DNA of 64,000 nucleotides, taken from sequence record NC_016163.1, one strand, 5' to 3'. Shown piece after piece: positions 27,715 through 38,273 of the stretch; positions within the stretch are counted from its first letter, which is position 1, and every line of letters starts with the position of its first letter. Both the position numbers and the translations under genes were made by a program. The notes beneath the pieces are model-generated. The model saw only the letters and a list, made by a program, of their open reading frames with translations, made no database searches and was not told where the DNA came from.

Positions 27715-30700
27715 TTAAGATATTACAACAAACATACCTAATCCGTTTATGTAAACGGATTTATTTAGACGACTACCAAACATTCCTGGAAGAACAATTA
27801 TTTTACCTGACTTAAGCTCAAACATTTCTGGATAAGCTGAGTCATCTGAAGAAAAAATACCTGTAGATGTAGAAAGGGCTGTAGTTACAGGAGCTATCAT
27901 TTTATTTGCTTCAATAGGTACACTAATAAGCTGCCAAGGAATACCGGTATTATACTTCTTATTATAAGGATTGAAAATACCAGCCGTTATAGTTGATTTA
28001 GTTTCTACCCAAGGGAAAATATAGAAGTTACCATTACTATGTTTAATACCGGTTAAGTTAATATAAGTAGGTCTTACTCTACCAGATTCAAGTAAAGCTG
28101 CTGGTATAACTGATTCACTCTTAGTAAGATCAATAGTTTTAAATAACCCATTGGCATCGGCTTCGTCAGTAGTATTAGTTAATGTATCAAAAACAGTTAC
28201 CTGATTATTGAGTATCTTACCAGTATTCCCCATAGCATCAGGTGATAAATTATCTGAACTAAAGCAGAAAAGCGTACCGTTATCAGCAACAGCCGCATAA
28301 TTTCGGAAAGGTGAAATTGCCATATCAGGGTTATCAGTAATTGATAATTTACCTAAGTATGTTAAGGTATTGGCTGAAATACTATATTTAAATACTTTGT
28401 TAAAACAAGTGTTTGCATGATAATCTGTAACAGTACTCCAATATTTATACCCACCAAATATCAAAATCTCATCAGGGTTATTAGTCAAAGATATCATAGT
28501 GCCATTGATAAATTTAACATTAACACTTAATGGATTATTAATATAAGTTGGCTGCTTCTCAGTATAAGTATTAGTAACTGGATCGAAGATAGTTAAAGTA
28601 CTTCTCATGTATTTGATAGGGTTAGTTTGTAAATCAGTAGAAGCGCTACTGAGATCCCATAAACCTCCAATTAAAACAATTCTTCCATCTGGTAGGGTCT
28701 TAGCTACACCATTTGACCAGTTTTGACATAAAGAAGAAGGTATAGTATCTTCTTGCCAAGTACCTAAAGTAAATAAACCATCTGAATTTTCAGTAACTTT
28801 AGCTTTCCAATGACTATTAACGAAAACAGATTCACCAGACTTAGCCCCTCCACTAATTACCCCGCCAAAATAATGTATATTATCATTAGAATCTAAAACT
28901 TTAGTACTGGCTGTTATAAAAATATCATTTGTTTCAGTACGATTACCTAAAGTAAATACAGGGGAAATCCCAAATGAAGTAAATTTAATTTTAGGTTTAT
29001 ATGCAGCATTAATGAATTTAAAAGGAGGAGTAACTGAAATTGAACCATTAGATCCTTTAACCATACCAAATGGTATATAAAATTCACCTTTAGGCGTTTT
29101 AACTAGATCGGCTAATGCAAAACATCTAGTTTGCGTAACCATTTCAAATTTATTAGTATCAATATAGTATTTAAATACTAAGGTACCACTATAATTTTTA
29201 GCTCTACCAGCATACAAAACAATCTCATTTGTGTTGATTTTGGTAGCTCGCATCCACCCTTCTGATTCAAATTCAATAGGAATGGATTGTAATTGAGTAT
29301 AGATAGGGGTTAGATAAGTGTCACCTTTATTTACTAAAGATAGCTTGAAGGTCTCAGATGAATAAACTTTATCGCCATTTTCATCAAAAGTAGTACCGCC
29401 GAATACAATGCATTCAGTATCAGATATAGATACTAAAGCTGAACCATATTTAGCATACTTCTCTAAAGGTATTGAACTGCCGCTACTCTCAATTAAATCA
29501 TGGTAACGAGTGACACTGTTACTTGTAACTGAATAAACTCCATATCCTGAAGATTTATTCAATGACATTTCATCTTTACCACCAATCATATAGAATACAT
29601 TTTGAGTAGAATTATAGAAATAATTGCCATATTCTCTCAATATTCTGTTATTATCATTAGAAGTATAGAAATTGTCTTTGAAATAAGGTTTGCCAGCAGT
29701 CCAAGTTATACCAGAATCTGGAGAATAAAAATAGAATAATGTACTCTTGTTCAGAGTTCTATCACTGGAATCTGCAGCATCTTTAGTGCCAGCCGTACTA
29801 CCTAAGAGAACTAACGAATAACCAGTTATACTGTTAAAATTATTAATTTTCTGTAGAGAAAATTCAGATGGATCAGTTGCACTATAAATAGTATTCGCTT
29901 CATCATCGAAATCTATAGCCGCTCCACCTTTCATATTAAGTCTATAATTAACCACTGCTGGAACTGGTGAAACTGTCCAAGTATATTTAACTGTATCAAA
30001 TAAATAGGCAGTTTTATTCTTTTCAAGAATAGTATAAACTTTATTGCTAGATGTACTAGCTGATTGAGTATTATACCAGTTCGCTACAGGGGTATTTGGT
30101 ATAGTGCAATTGTCATTTAATGGAATTAATCTAGATAAAACATTTGGGTTAGTTGCTATTACACTCTTATTAAAATCTACAATCATAGCATGATTAGAAT
30201 GCATTAAACCTGTAGATATCTTATTATCAGGATCAGAAAAGAAGAAAGATTCCCCTTCACCATAATTTACACAACCACCAGCAAGAATAACTCGTTTATC
30301 TTTAAAAATACCTATACCGTTACATACAAAGCCTGGGTATGGTAATTTTTCTCTATAGTAATAATCTTTAGTATTAAAATCTATTTCAATAATATCTCTA
30401 AATGCAGAAGTATAGTAAGCTCCATTACCAGTTCCGGTAACAGTGGGTATTGTAGTAAATTCCCCACTTACGCCAGTAAACATTATAAGTTTATTATCAT
30501 TTATAGGAGAACGAATAATCTTTGGCACCGACAGGAAGAAATCAAAGCTCATAAACTTTGTAATTTCTTCAGTAGCTACATCAAATTTATATAAAACTGT
30601 ACCTTTATGGTTGTTTCTAAAAATACCAGCAGTAAATATTATACCATTTAGCTCCGGTAGATATACAGATGAATTAAATGAATCCTGATCGAAGGCAGTA

Positions 30701-31833
30701 GGATTTGCAACGTTTTCATTAAATACGGCTGTATATTTATTAGCTACATAAGTTTCTTCACCAGTCAATAAATTATATTTATATAACCCAAAGAAAGGAA
30801 CCATTGTAGTCGGAACAGAGTTTACATAAGCAGTTTCTCTGCCACAAAAGACATAAATTGTATCATTTACTATACAGGCTGCAGTGGAAAAGAATTGATG
30901 AGATACAGGTATTCTTTCATATGTATCATTTTCTATATCATGTATATAGAAATAACTACCACCGACTACGGGAATCCCTATTGAGCGCACCCCATAGTTT
31001 ATGATCATATTTTTACCAGGCTTGTACTCTACAGTACTAGACATATACAAAGCTTCTGGGAAGGGAGCCATTTCTCTCCAACTATTTGTCTCTGGATTGT
31101 ATTCGAAAACATTATTGCAACCAGTTTCACTAGAGAATCCTATTTCATTAGGATATGTTAAACCAGTAGCTAATCCATTCTCACCAGCACAACCAGGATA
31201 AAGATAAAATTTATTATTTTTTGAGTTAACTGTACCGGATACATTTCGCATAGCCATACCAATTTTAGGAATGTCTGGTATGCTACGGAACATAGAATTA
31301 CTCAAAAAAGTACTTACTGAATATGATTCATATTCAGTAGATTTTAATGTAACTACTTGTGATGAATCAGATACAACAGCTTCCAGTATATAGCTTCCTA
31401 AAGCATCAAATTTTAAGCCTATATAAGATTTATCACCTTTAGTAACATCTACTAAAGTAATTTTAAATGCTACAGAGAAGAAAGAACCTTCTTTAATATA
31501 GTCATTTGATTTGTTATATGCAAAATCAAATGTAGCTGAATCTGCATAATCATCATTTACAAAGTTAATCTTACCTGAGAATGTAAAGTCTTTACTTGTT
31601 TCAGCAAGTATAAGAATATCGTTTACATCTGAGATAACACCTTGTACTTCAAATTTAAAAGTAGTGGAATTTTTTAGTGCTTCTGCATTACTTCCACTAA
31701 GTAACACCGATGCGAATTCTTTGGGGTCTATGTCTAGCTCACCTGTATAAATATTACCTTTCTTATCAGCTTTCAGGTTATTGCCAGAGATTATTTGTCT
31801 ACTAAACTTAGTAGATTTTCTGGATAAAGACAT
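27715..31833 (-). CDS. Large Kelch-repeat beta-propeller protein 2
   Basis: VILAGG, FYMIGG, CIVFGG, IHYFGG, IVLIGG, ILIFGG blades with Y and W positions; late promoter at 31863-31874. Confidence 0.85.
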   Translation of the reverse strand: MSLSRKSTKFSRQIISGNNLKADKKGNIYTGELDIDPKEFASVLLSGSNAEALKNSTTFKFEVQGVISDVNDILILAETSKDFTFSGKINFVNDDYADSATFDFAYNKSNDYIKEGSFFSVAFKITLVDVTKGDKSYIGLKFDALGSYILEAVVSDSSQVVTLKSTEYESYSVSTFLSNSMFRSIPDIPKIGMAMRNVSGTVNSKNNKFYLYPGCAGENGLATGLTYPNEIGFSSETGCNNVFEYNPETNSWREMAPFPEALYMSSTVEYKPGKNMIINYGVRSIGIPVVGGSYFYIHDIENDTYERIPVSHQFFSTAACIVNDTIYVFCGRETAYVNSVPTTMVPFFGLYKYNLLTGEETYVANKYTAVFNENVANPTAFDQDSFNSSVYLPELNGIIFTAGIFRNNHKGTVLYKFDVATEEITKFMSFDFFLSVPKIIRSPINDNKLIMFTGVSGEFTTIPTVTGTGNGAYYTSAFRDIIEIDFNTKDYYYREKLPYPGFVCNGIGIFKDKRVILAGGCVNYGEGESFFFSDPDNKISTGLMHSNHAMIVDFNKSVIATNPNVLSRLIPLNDNCTIPNTPVANWYNTQSASTSSNKVYTILEKNKTAYLFDTVKYTWTVSPVPAVVNYRLNMKGGAAIDFDDEANTIYSATDPSEFSLQKINNFNSITGYSLVLLGSTAGTKDAADSSDRTLNKSTLFYFYSPDSGITWTAGKPYFKDNFYTSNDNNRILREYGNYFYNSTQNVFYMIGGKDEMSLNKSSGYGVYSVTSNSVTRYHDLIESSGSSIPLEKYAKYGSALVSISDTECIVFGGTTFDENGDKVYSSETFKLSLVNKGDTYLTPIYTQLQSIPIEFESEGWMRATKINTNEIVLYAGRAKNYSGTLVFKYYIDTNKFEMVTQTRCFALADLVKTPKGEFYIPFGMVKGSNGSISVTPPFKFINAAYKPKIKFTSFGISPVFTLGNRTETNDIFITASTKVLDSNDNIHYFGGVISGGAKSGESVFVNSHWKAKVTENSDGLFTLGTWQEDTIPSSLCQNWSNGVAKTLPDGRIVLIGGLWDLSSASTDLQTNPIKYMRSTLTIFDPVTNTYTEKQPTYINNPLSVNVKFINGTMISLTNNPDEILIFGGYKYWSTVTDYHANTCFNKVFKYSISANTLTYLGKLSITDNPDMAISPFRNYAAVADNGTLFCFSSDNLSPDAMGNTGKILNNQVTVFDTLTNTTDEADANGLFKTIDLTKSESVIPAALLESGRVRPTYINLTGIKHSNGNFYIFPWVETKSTITAGIFNPYNKKYNTGIPWQLISVPIEANKMIAPVTTALSTSTGIFSSDDSAYPEMFELKSGKIIVLPGMFGSRLNKSVYINGLGMFVVIS

Positions 31834-31862
31834 AATTTGTTTTACCTTTTTATGAAAAGATC

Positions 31863-31874
31863 TAAATTTTTGTT
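31863..31874 (-). promoter_or_regulatory. Late-type promoter AACA-N6-TA
   Basis: Plus strand TA-aatttt-TGTT. Confidence 0.65.
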
Positions 31875-31880
31875 AAAAAA

Positions 31881-31916
31881 TATTGACCTTATACCATTTC
31901 TGGTATAAGGTCAATA
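31881..31916 (-). terminator. Terminator-like hairpin
   Basis: tattgaccttatacca / tggtataaggtcaata perfect stem. Confidence 0.75.
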
Positions 31917-31920
31917 ATTG

Positions 31921-34707
31921 TTAAGGTTTGTAAGTCATAATAATGTTTTTGGCTAAACCATCATTCAGACTTACATATTTGTAAATAACGCTAAATGCTG
32001 ATCCGGTAGAATAATTCACAAATCCATAAAGTGCAGCAGTATTCTTTATTAAGTCCATTACAAACTGAGATGGATGAGGGATAACGGTATACGAATCATC
32101 TACTAAATTGTACTTAATAGCCCGTTCATAGTTAAGGATAAACATCTCATTTGGGTTTGTAGCCGATAAACACCCAGCAGTATATCTGGCGTCCGGATAT
32201 AATTTTCCAGTATCAGTCCAAGTATTAGTTAAAATATTATAGTATATCTTCCTATTAGGTTGATCGTTTAAGGTATTAAATACATATATTCTTTCATTTA
32301 CATTATCGTAAACAAAAGCAGTGGTACGTATTTTATATGGGCAGTCAGCCATTCTAGTTACAGAATCTGTAGCTGGATTATAACAATAAAGTCTTTCAGA
32401 AGTTGAAGAGTAACCTATACCTTTGGCTTCATTATTACAAAGCCCATAAAAAATTCTTCCATCATTAATTCTTACTGCACTACCATCAGCAAAAGCAATA
32501 CCTAGATTTTCTACCGATACATTAGATAATGACCATGTATTAGTAGAAAGATTTAGTTTATAAAAACGAGAAGACATTGTATCGCTCCAGCTAGTTGGAT
32601 AATTACTTGGTCTTCCATAACCACCTAACATTATCATTTCATTAGGACTACATGGTACTAGAGGGACTTGACCGCCTGGAAATAACTGATTGTCGGATAA
32701 TCTATTTATTCCAGTAGATTTTTTATACGAATACCAACGTTTACTAGAATACATGCAATTATTAGTATAATCGAACCCATAAAACCCTCCAAACAGTAGA
32801 TTACCGTTTGCATCTCTTCCCATACATTCACTTATATAATCTATATAGTTTGCAGTTGCAGCAGATGTGTTATCCTTTAAATCCGCTGAAGAATCATATA
32901 CGTTCATAATACTGGAGGGGATGATCGCATCTATTTCCCAAACGCCTAAAGTGTTATAGTGATACTTGTTGTCATCATAGAAGAAGAAAGACTGACCCGT
33001 TATATTTTGAGTAGTTACTTTAGTGGTACTATTATATGATGGAACGATAGAAGGTTGTCCTATCATTAATCTGCCATCATTTAATTTAGTGGATGGACAA
33101 ATAGCTAAACTAATTGGTGCAGAAGATAGAGCTGAGAAGGTTTTGGTAGTATGATCATAGATAGTCATAGCTAAGTTTGTATTAGCGTAATTGTCCCTAT
33201 TTAGATAAGAATTAAAGTTAACACCTGGTTTATATCCACCGATTATAGCCACTCTATTATCAGATAACTTCTCTAATACAGGTACAGTACATTGTAATGG
33301 ATTTCCAGTTACAGGAGTGAATAGATATGAATTCATATCCCAAATATAGTTTTTAGGGTTATTGTATAGATCTCCGCCATTGAATGCACACGAATCAAAT
33401 GCATGAACAAAGAAAAGATTGTCTACAAGATGTACTACTCTCATATCAAAATTACTAAATACCGTGTCTGATCTAGGAATAAAGTAATTAGCAGTATCTT
33501 TACCAGCCTTAGTCCATTTCTTAGTTTCGGTATTATAAATAAATGGATATCTATAGTATGGTCTATATGTGTTGACATCAATTGATGTATTAAGTGCAGA
33601 GTTATAGCCCAACACCCCACCCATAATTACAATATTTTTTCCATCCGGATGGATAGCTAGACCATACTTATCCCATCCACTTACTGTAGGCGATTTAGTT
33701 TCTATAGACCATAATTCAGTTTTAGGGGAATATCGATAAACGTATTTAGGGTAAGGCCTTAACTCATTTAGTATAGCTGGCGTAAGGTTCTGATTGGGAA
33801 TAGTGGCTCCCGCAATAACACTATAACCGAAGAATACCAGTACATCACCATCTGCCAACGTGACACATTTTGAGTTATTAATCGGGAACCAAGGAAATCT
33901 AGCAGTTTTTCTCATTTCTCCAGTGTATGGGTTGATGATCCATGCATTATTCCAAGTTTTTAAAGTTCCGCCTCCCAAGCCACTAGCACCGTTAGAGTTG
34001 TTCCCTGCAGTACTATTAGCCGCTGGCGAATCCATTTCTAAGAAGAATACATTACCATCTTTTAAAGTAGTCATGTTAGTCATGCCTGGAGCGACATGTA
34101 ACATGTTCATTTCCACAGTATCCCATTTAGAATTACTAATATTATTTTTATAAATTACTGATTTACTTCCAATGAAATCAGAAGTCGTAATAGTTATATC
34201 AGTAGTTTCTATAGAAACTGAAATAAATCCAGAGAAATATACTTCTGCATCCACAGTGGTTTCAATCTGAATAGCCACCCAAGTTTTACTTTGATAAGTA
34301 ACGAACATTACCGTATCATTACTGGAAGCATTTTCTAAATTAGCTCTTGCAATAGAGCTAACGCCTATATTTGCACAAGTGCTAAAAGTCCTAATTTTAT
34401 TAGTATTATCTTTAATAATAAAATCGCCATCAATTACAAAAACACCTGAATCTACAGGAGTTAATAGAATATAATGGAAACCATTTCTAGCAGTCATTGA
34501 GATAGTTTTACCAATAAACTTATTATTAAATTCATAAGTATTACTTGCAATGGTAGCAGTACCTCCGGCAGAGATAAAGTCAGCTACCATTTTATCATTT
34601 GTGTATTCGGCATTATTAGAAGCTAATAAATTATTATCCACTTTAGTTAAAGCGTCATATTTTACTATTCTACCAACGTTCTTAGCTATCTGTCTTGTCT
34701 TAGACAT
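31921..34707 (-). CDS. Kelch-repeat beta-propeller protein 3
   Basis: TLADGDVLVFFG, IVIMGG, VAIIGG, MIMLGG blades; late promoter at 34749-34760. Confidence 0.85.
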   Translation of the reverse strand: MSKTRQIAKNVGRIVKYDALTKVDNNLLASNNAEYTNDKMVADFISAGGTATIASNTYEFNNKFIGKTISMTARNGFHYILLTPVDSGVFVIDGDFIIKDNTNKIRTFSTCANIGVSSIARANLENASSNDTVMFVTYQSKTWVAIQIETTVDAEVYFSGFISVSIETTDITITTSDFIGSKSVIYKNNISNSKWDTVEMNMLHVAPGMTNMTTLKDGNVFFLEMDSPAANSTAGNNSNGASGLGGGTLKTWNNAWIINPYTGEMRKTARFPWFPINNSKCVTLADGDVLVFFGYSVIAGATIPNQNLTPAILNELRPYPKYVYRYSPKTELWSIETKSPTVSGWDKYGLAIHPDGKNIVIMGGVLGYNSALNTSIDVNTYRPYYRYPFIYNTETKKWTKAGKDTANYFIPRSDTVFSNFDMRVVHLVDNLFFVHAFDSCAFNGGDLYNNPKNYIWDMNSYLFTPVTGNPLQCTVPVLEKLSDNRVAIIGGYKPGVNFNSYLNRDNYANTNLAMTIYDHTTKTFSALSSAPISLAICPSTKLNDGRLMIGQPSIVPSYNSTTKVTTQNITGQSFFFYDDNKYHYNTLGVWEIDAIIPSSIMNVYDSSADLKDNTSAATANYIDYISECMGRDANGNLLFGGFYGFDYTNNCMYSSKRWYSYKKSTGINRLSDNQLFPGGQVPLVPCSPNEMIMLGGYGRPSNYPTSWSDTMSSRFYKLNLSTNTWSLSNVSVENLGIAFADGSAVRINDGRIFYGLCNNEAKGIGYSSTSERLYCYNPATDSVTRMADCPYKIRTTAFVYDNVNERIYVFNTLNDQPNRKIYYNILTNTWTDTGKLYPDARYTAGCLSATNPNEMFILNYERAIKYNLVDDSYTVIPHPSQFVMDLIKNTAALYGFVNYSTGSAFSVIYKYVSLNDGLAKNIIMTYKP

Positions 34708-34748
34708 AGATAAATCCTTCGTATTAGATTTTCTTTATATAAATATAC

Positions 34749-34760
34749 TAAGAAATTGTT
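34749..34760 (-). promoter_or_regulatory. Late-type promoter AACA-N6-TA
   Basis: Plus strand TA-agaaat-TGTT. Confidence 0.65.
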
Positions 34761-34799
34761 AAAGAACCCCTATAACTTTCATAAGTTATAGGGGTCTTA

Positions 34800-35486
34800 T
34801 TAGTTATCACCAAACATTGAAACAGGTTTTTCAGGCCATACAATTGTAGAAGGATCTACAGTAGAGATTTTATAAACTGCAATACGATATTTCTTCCATT
34901 CAGCCAATTTAGCTTCAACAGCTTCAATATCATCAGCCATTTCAAAGTCAAGCATATCTTGATAAATATTGATATGCTCAAGGGCTTCAGACATCAGAGT
35001 CTGTTTAGTTTTGTTAGCTGCATCGATAGATGCTTGTAGTTTCTTGTTTTCATTGACTACCCACTTAGCACCATCCCACTCATCAAATTCTGAAGTAGGG
35101 GCTAAAAGAGTAAATCCAGTAGGAATATCACCGAAAGAAGTAACCACTTTAGGGGTTTTATCAGTGGTATTATAGATAGTATAGCCTCTATAATCAATTA
35201 CAATCTGCCAACCTTTATAGTCTACTGCACGCAGAATAGCTTGAGGTACACCTGCAGCTACTTTCTGTTTATATTCAGCAAACGGAGGTAAATCCCGATA
35301 AGCATAAGCCGCTACAGTAACACCTACAGGTACATACTCACGGTTACTACCAATATATTCTCTGGTAGTAGAGTGAATATTATAAGTACCCACATAACCT
35401 TCTTTAATACAAAAACCATTACCATCGAAAACAGCTTTGGTCATAGAATCAGGAATGGTTACTTCTTGAAAAATATCAGTTGCCAT
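34800..35486 (-). CDS. tfa: Tail fibre assembly chaperone (lambda Tfa-like)
   Basis: TREYIG...YAYRDLPP...DYRGYTIY...FDEWDGAKWV...WKKYRIAV...IVWPEKP. Confidence 0.9.
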   Translation of the reverse strand: MATDIFQEVTIPDSMTKAVFDGNGFCIKEGYVGTYNIHSTTREYIGSNREYVPVGVTVAAYAYRDLPPFAEYKQKVAAGVPQAILRAVDYKGWQIVIDYRGYTIYNTTDKTPKVVTSFGDIPTGFTLLAPTSEFDEWDGAKWVVNENKKLQASIDAANKTKQTLMSEALEHINIYQDMLDFEMADDIEAVEAKLAEWKKYRIAVYKISTVDPSTIVWPEKPVSMFGDN

Positions 35487-35498
35487 TAAGCTTCTCCT

Positions 35499-37613
35499 TT
35501 ATTTGGCCCTAATAATATAGTTAAATGCAATATTTCGTGGTCTATTTTCATTAGCTGTTGGTACACCACTCTTAGATGCATCAAATGTGAAACCTGAAAC
35601 TCCCCCACCAGCTCCACCACCCCCACCAGAGGAATGTGAAAATCCTGTTCTAATAATATCTAATGCACCTTCATTTGCCCATTTAAATAAATCCGCTGTC
35701 GAAAATGGTTCATCTGAAGAAGAAAGAACGTTTAATTTACCAGTAATATTTCGAATAGCATCCCCCTGATTGGTCAAAATATTTCGTCCAGTATCTACAT
35801 TTCTACCATCGTCCCAACCACGGATAAATTCTCCACGAAGATCAGGTAGGACTCCAGATGGGTAATAGTTTAATAATTTAGGGAAAGCTACCTGATCAAA
35901 AGCACTACCATTAGCTTTCAAAAAGTTTTTAGGTGGAGTTGCTAATGGATAAGGAATTGGTACGCCTATAGGAAGTAAGAGATTATTTGAGAAATCTGTA
36001 TCAGAAAATATTGTAACCCATCCGCTACTAGTGCCATCAGCTCTTAAACAGATAGCAAATACTTGACCTGAAAAATCAACGGCTATTGCAGATTTAGAAT
36101 TTGACCCACCATGATCCATTAAAAGAATATCAGAATATTGTCCAGAAGGTATTCCATTTGTATATGATGAAGAATCACCAAATCTATACATACCGGAAGG
36201 AGCATTTTTTAAAAAAGCAATTAAGTCTTTACCCTCACCAGAAAAAGGTACTCCTGAGCCACCCAAACCAAACGCTCCAACTTGCATCAAACTGCCTGAA
36301 GTGGTATCGGTAATGTTAGTTTGAGCAGTTTTCTGAGCAGCACTACCTAATTCAAGATTAGTACGAGCTATTGATTTATCTGTAAGATCTTTTAAGTTTT
36401 TATCTTTCTGAGCAGCACCAGTAATGCGGCTATCGTCACCTGCAGCAACTGTACCTGTTTCCGTACCAACATTTTTGGTAGCTGAATCACCTAAACCTAG
36501 ATTAGTTCTAGCTTTGGCTTTATCTTTAATATCAGATAAATTATTTTCAGTACCTAATGCTTTTAATTCATTAAGAGTAGGTAAGTTATTTGCCAGATAT
36601 ACCTTGGATAACTCAACTCCGTCAGCGCCATCAATACCTAAAGATAATACGCCATCAGAAGATAAAACTAAATACCCTGTAAGAGTTTTAGATATAGGGA
36701 AAGATAGAACCCCATAATCTTTATCTACTTCAGGTTTATCCGGAGAGTCATCAGTTAATTGGTAGAAAGCGGGTATTACTGATTTAAGCGCAGCAACTTT
36801 ATTATCATTTATACCTAAACCACCATCACCTACAACAATTACATTACCTTTAGCAGTACCTTTATTTAATACAGATGCTGTTCCAAGACCTAGATTTAAC
36901 CTAGCAATTTCCTTATCATCGTCATCTACAATTTCTGAGAAAAGATTTGAGATTTGGAAGAAGGTATCTTTAGCCGTTTCTTTTGAATATACATTCAAAT
37001 CATTTAAGTTAGGTTTATGTTTATCCGTATAAATACTTTCTACAGCAAAAGTTCTAGAAGATGTTCCATAAGAACATCTTAAAACATATGAAGCTTTTTC
37101 ATTAGCTAAGTCTGATACAAAGGCAATAAAACCACCTTTACTGGAAGTACCTGTAGCCATTACATTAATAACTACATTAACGCCTAAGTCTAGGCCAACC
37201 GGAATATTGGTTGCGGCAGCTTTTGCTAATACAATAACTTCATTAGATTTAAATTTATAAGTATTGAAGTCTAACGCTGAAATAATAGTAGATTCTTCTA
37301 AGAAACTATTAAAATCACCTACAGAATATAACTGTCCTTTATCTGTACCCGATTCTTTAAGAGCTGCACTCTTAATTCCTAGATTTTCTCTAGCTTTTGC
37401 TTTATCTGAAATTTCTTCCAAATTACCTTCAATAGTTAAGAAAGTACTTGCTGCTTCAGATGGAGAAATTACAGTTCCATCCCCTTGCTTATAAAATATA
37501 GCCTTTTTATCACCAACTAAGAATAATTCTCCCGGATAAATTCCGGTAATTTCTTCAGAGTTTAAGTTAGGTATAGTTCTAAGAACAAAGGCTATCCTAC
37601 TTAAGTTTGCCAT
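35499..37613 (-). CDS. Tail fibre protein with tail-collar domain
   Basis: PIGVPIPYP...LPDLRGEFIRGWDDGR...ENRPRNIAFNYII; late promoter at 37661-37672. Confidence 0.92.
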   Translation of the reverse strand: MANLSRIAFVLRTIPNLNSEEITGIYPGELFLVGDKKAIFYKQGDGTVISPSEAASTFLTIEGNLEEISDKAKARENLGIKSAALKESGTDKGQLYSVGDFNSFLEESTIISALDFNTYKFKSNEVIVLAKAAATNIPVGLDLGVNVVINVMATGTSSKGGFIAFVSDLANEKASYVLRCSYGTSSRTFAVESIYTDKHKPNLNDLNVYSKETAKDTFFQISNLFSEIVDDDDKEIARLNLGLGTASVLNKGTAKGNVIVVGDGGLGINDNKVAALKSVIPAFYQLTDDSPDKPEVDKDYGVLSFPISKTLTGYLVLSSDGVLSLGIDGADGVELSKVYLANNLPTLNELKALGTENNLSDIKDKAKARTNLGLGDSATKNVGTETGTVAAGDDSRITGAAQKDKNLKDLTDKSIARTNLELGSAAQKTAQTNITDTTSGSLMQVGAFGLGGSGVPFSGEGKDLIAFLKNAPSGMYRFGDSSSYTNGIPSGQYSDILLMDHGGSNSKSAIAVDFSGQVFAICLRADGTSSGWVTIFSDTDFSNNLLLPIGVPIPYPLATPPKNFLKANGSAFDQVAFPKLLNYYPSGVLPDLRGEFIRGWDDGRNVDTGRNILTNQGDAIRNITGKLNVLSSSDEPFSTADLFKWANEGALDIIRTGFSHSSGGGGGAGGGVSGFTFDASKSGVPTANENRPRNIAFNYIIRAK
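36340..37435 (-). repeat. Four degenerate NLSD...ARxNLGL peptide repeats in the fibre shaft (approximate bounds)
   Basis: NLEEISDKAKARENLG, EIARLNLGLG, NNLSDIKDKAKARTNLGLG, NLKDLTDKSIARTNLELG. Confidence 0.7.
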
Positions 37614-37700
37614 ATTAGTTTATCCTGTGTAATAAATAGTCAATGATTTTCATTGTCAACTATTAAAGTGTTGAATAGAATTAATTAGAATTTATTGAAA

Positions 37701-37742
37701 AATATCTCCCCTATAGCCTTAAGAGATTATAGGGGAGATATT
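37701..37742 (-). terminator. Terminator-like hairpin
   Basis: aatatctcccctata / tataggggagatatt. Confidence 0.75.
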
Positions 37743-37750
37743 AATTATTA

Positions 37751-38272
37751 TTATGCAAAGGGTGGTAAAGGCCATTGGTTGGCAGAGGGATGTATATAAC
37801 CTCTATTATCATGTGCATCATCAATTATCCATTGAGGCACAGATGGTAAAGGCATATCCCACCAATTATCAAGAGTGGGCCAAGTTTTAAAAGCTATACG
37901 TGTAGAAGTAACTTCTTCTTTCTGTTTATCAGTTAAAAGTGTGTCATTAATAGTGTAGTCAGAAAGCATCATTACATCTGTAGCTCGAATAAAGGTATTA
38001 CGAATCCCTCTGCCAATATCTTGTTTTTCTACAGTTGAATATTGATAGGGAGGTATATCCTTCCAAGAAAAAGTTTTCTTAGATGCGTCATAAGTTCTTT
38101 TCTTACCTTCAGGCGCATTTGTAAGGAAATATGCCTCATACACTTCAGGAGTAATTTCTATTCCATCCGTAGGCCAAGTACCTGAATCTTTATATGATTG
38201 GTAAAGTATATATGGATAACATACATCTAATGATGGAGAATACATATAATTTAAATTGACTTCAGTATTCAT
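37751..38272 (-). CDS. Second tail fibre assembly chaperone
   Basis: YSPS...SYKDSGTWPTDGIEIT...APEGKKR...SWKDIPP pattern of P2/Mu-type Tfa proteins. Confidence 0.75.
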   Translation of the reverse strand: MNTEVNLNYMYSPSLDVCYPYILYQSYKDSGTWPTDGIEITPEVYEAYFLTNAPEGKKRTYDASKKTFSWKDIPPYQYSTVEKQDIGRGIRNTFIRATDVMMLSDYTINDTLLTDKQKEEVTSTRIAFKTWPTLDNWWDMPLPSVPQWIIDDAHDNRGYIHPSANQWPLPPFA

Positions 38273-38273
38273 A

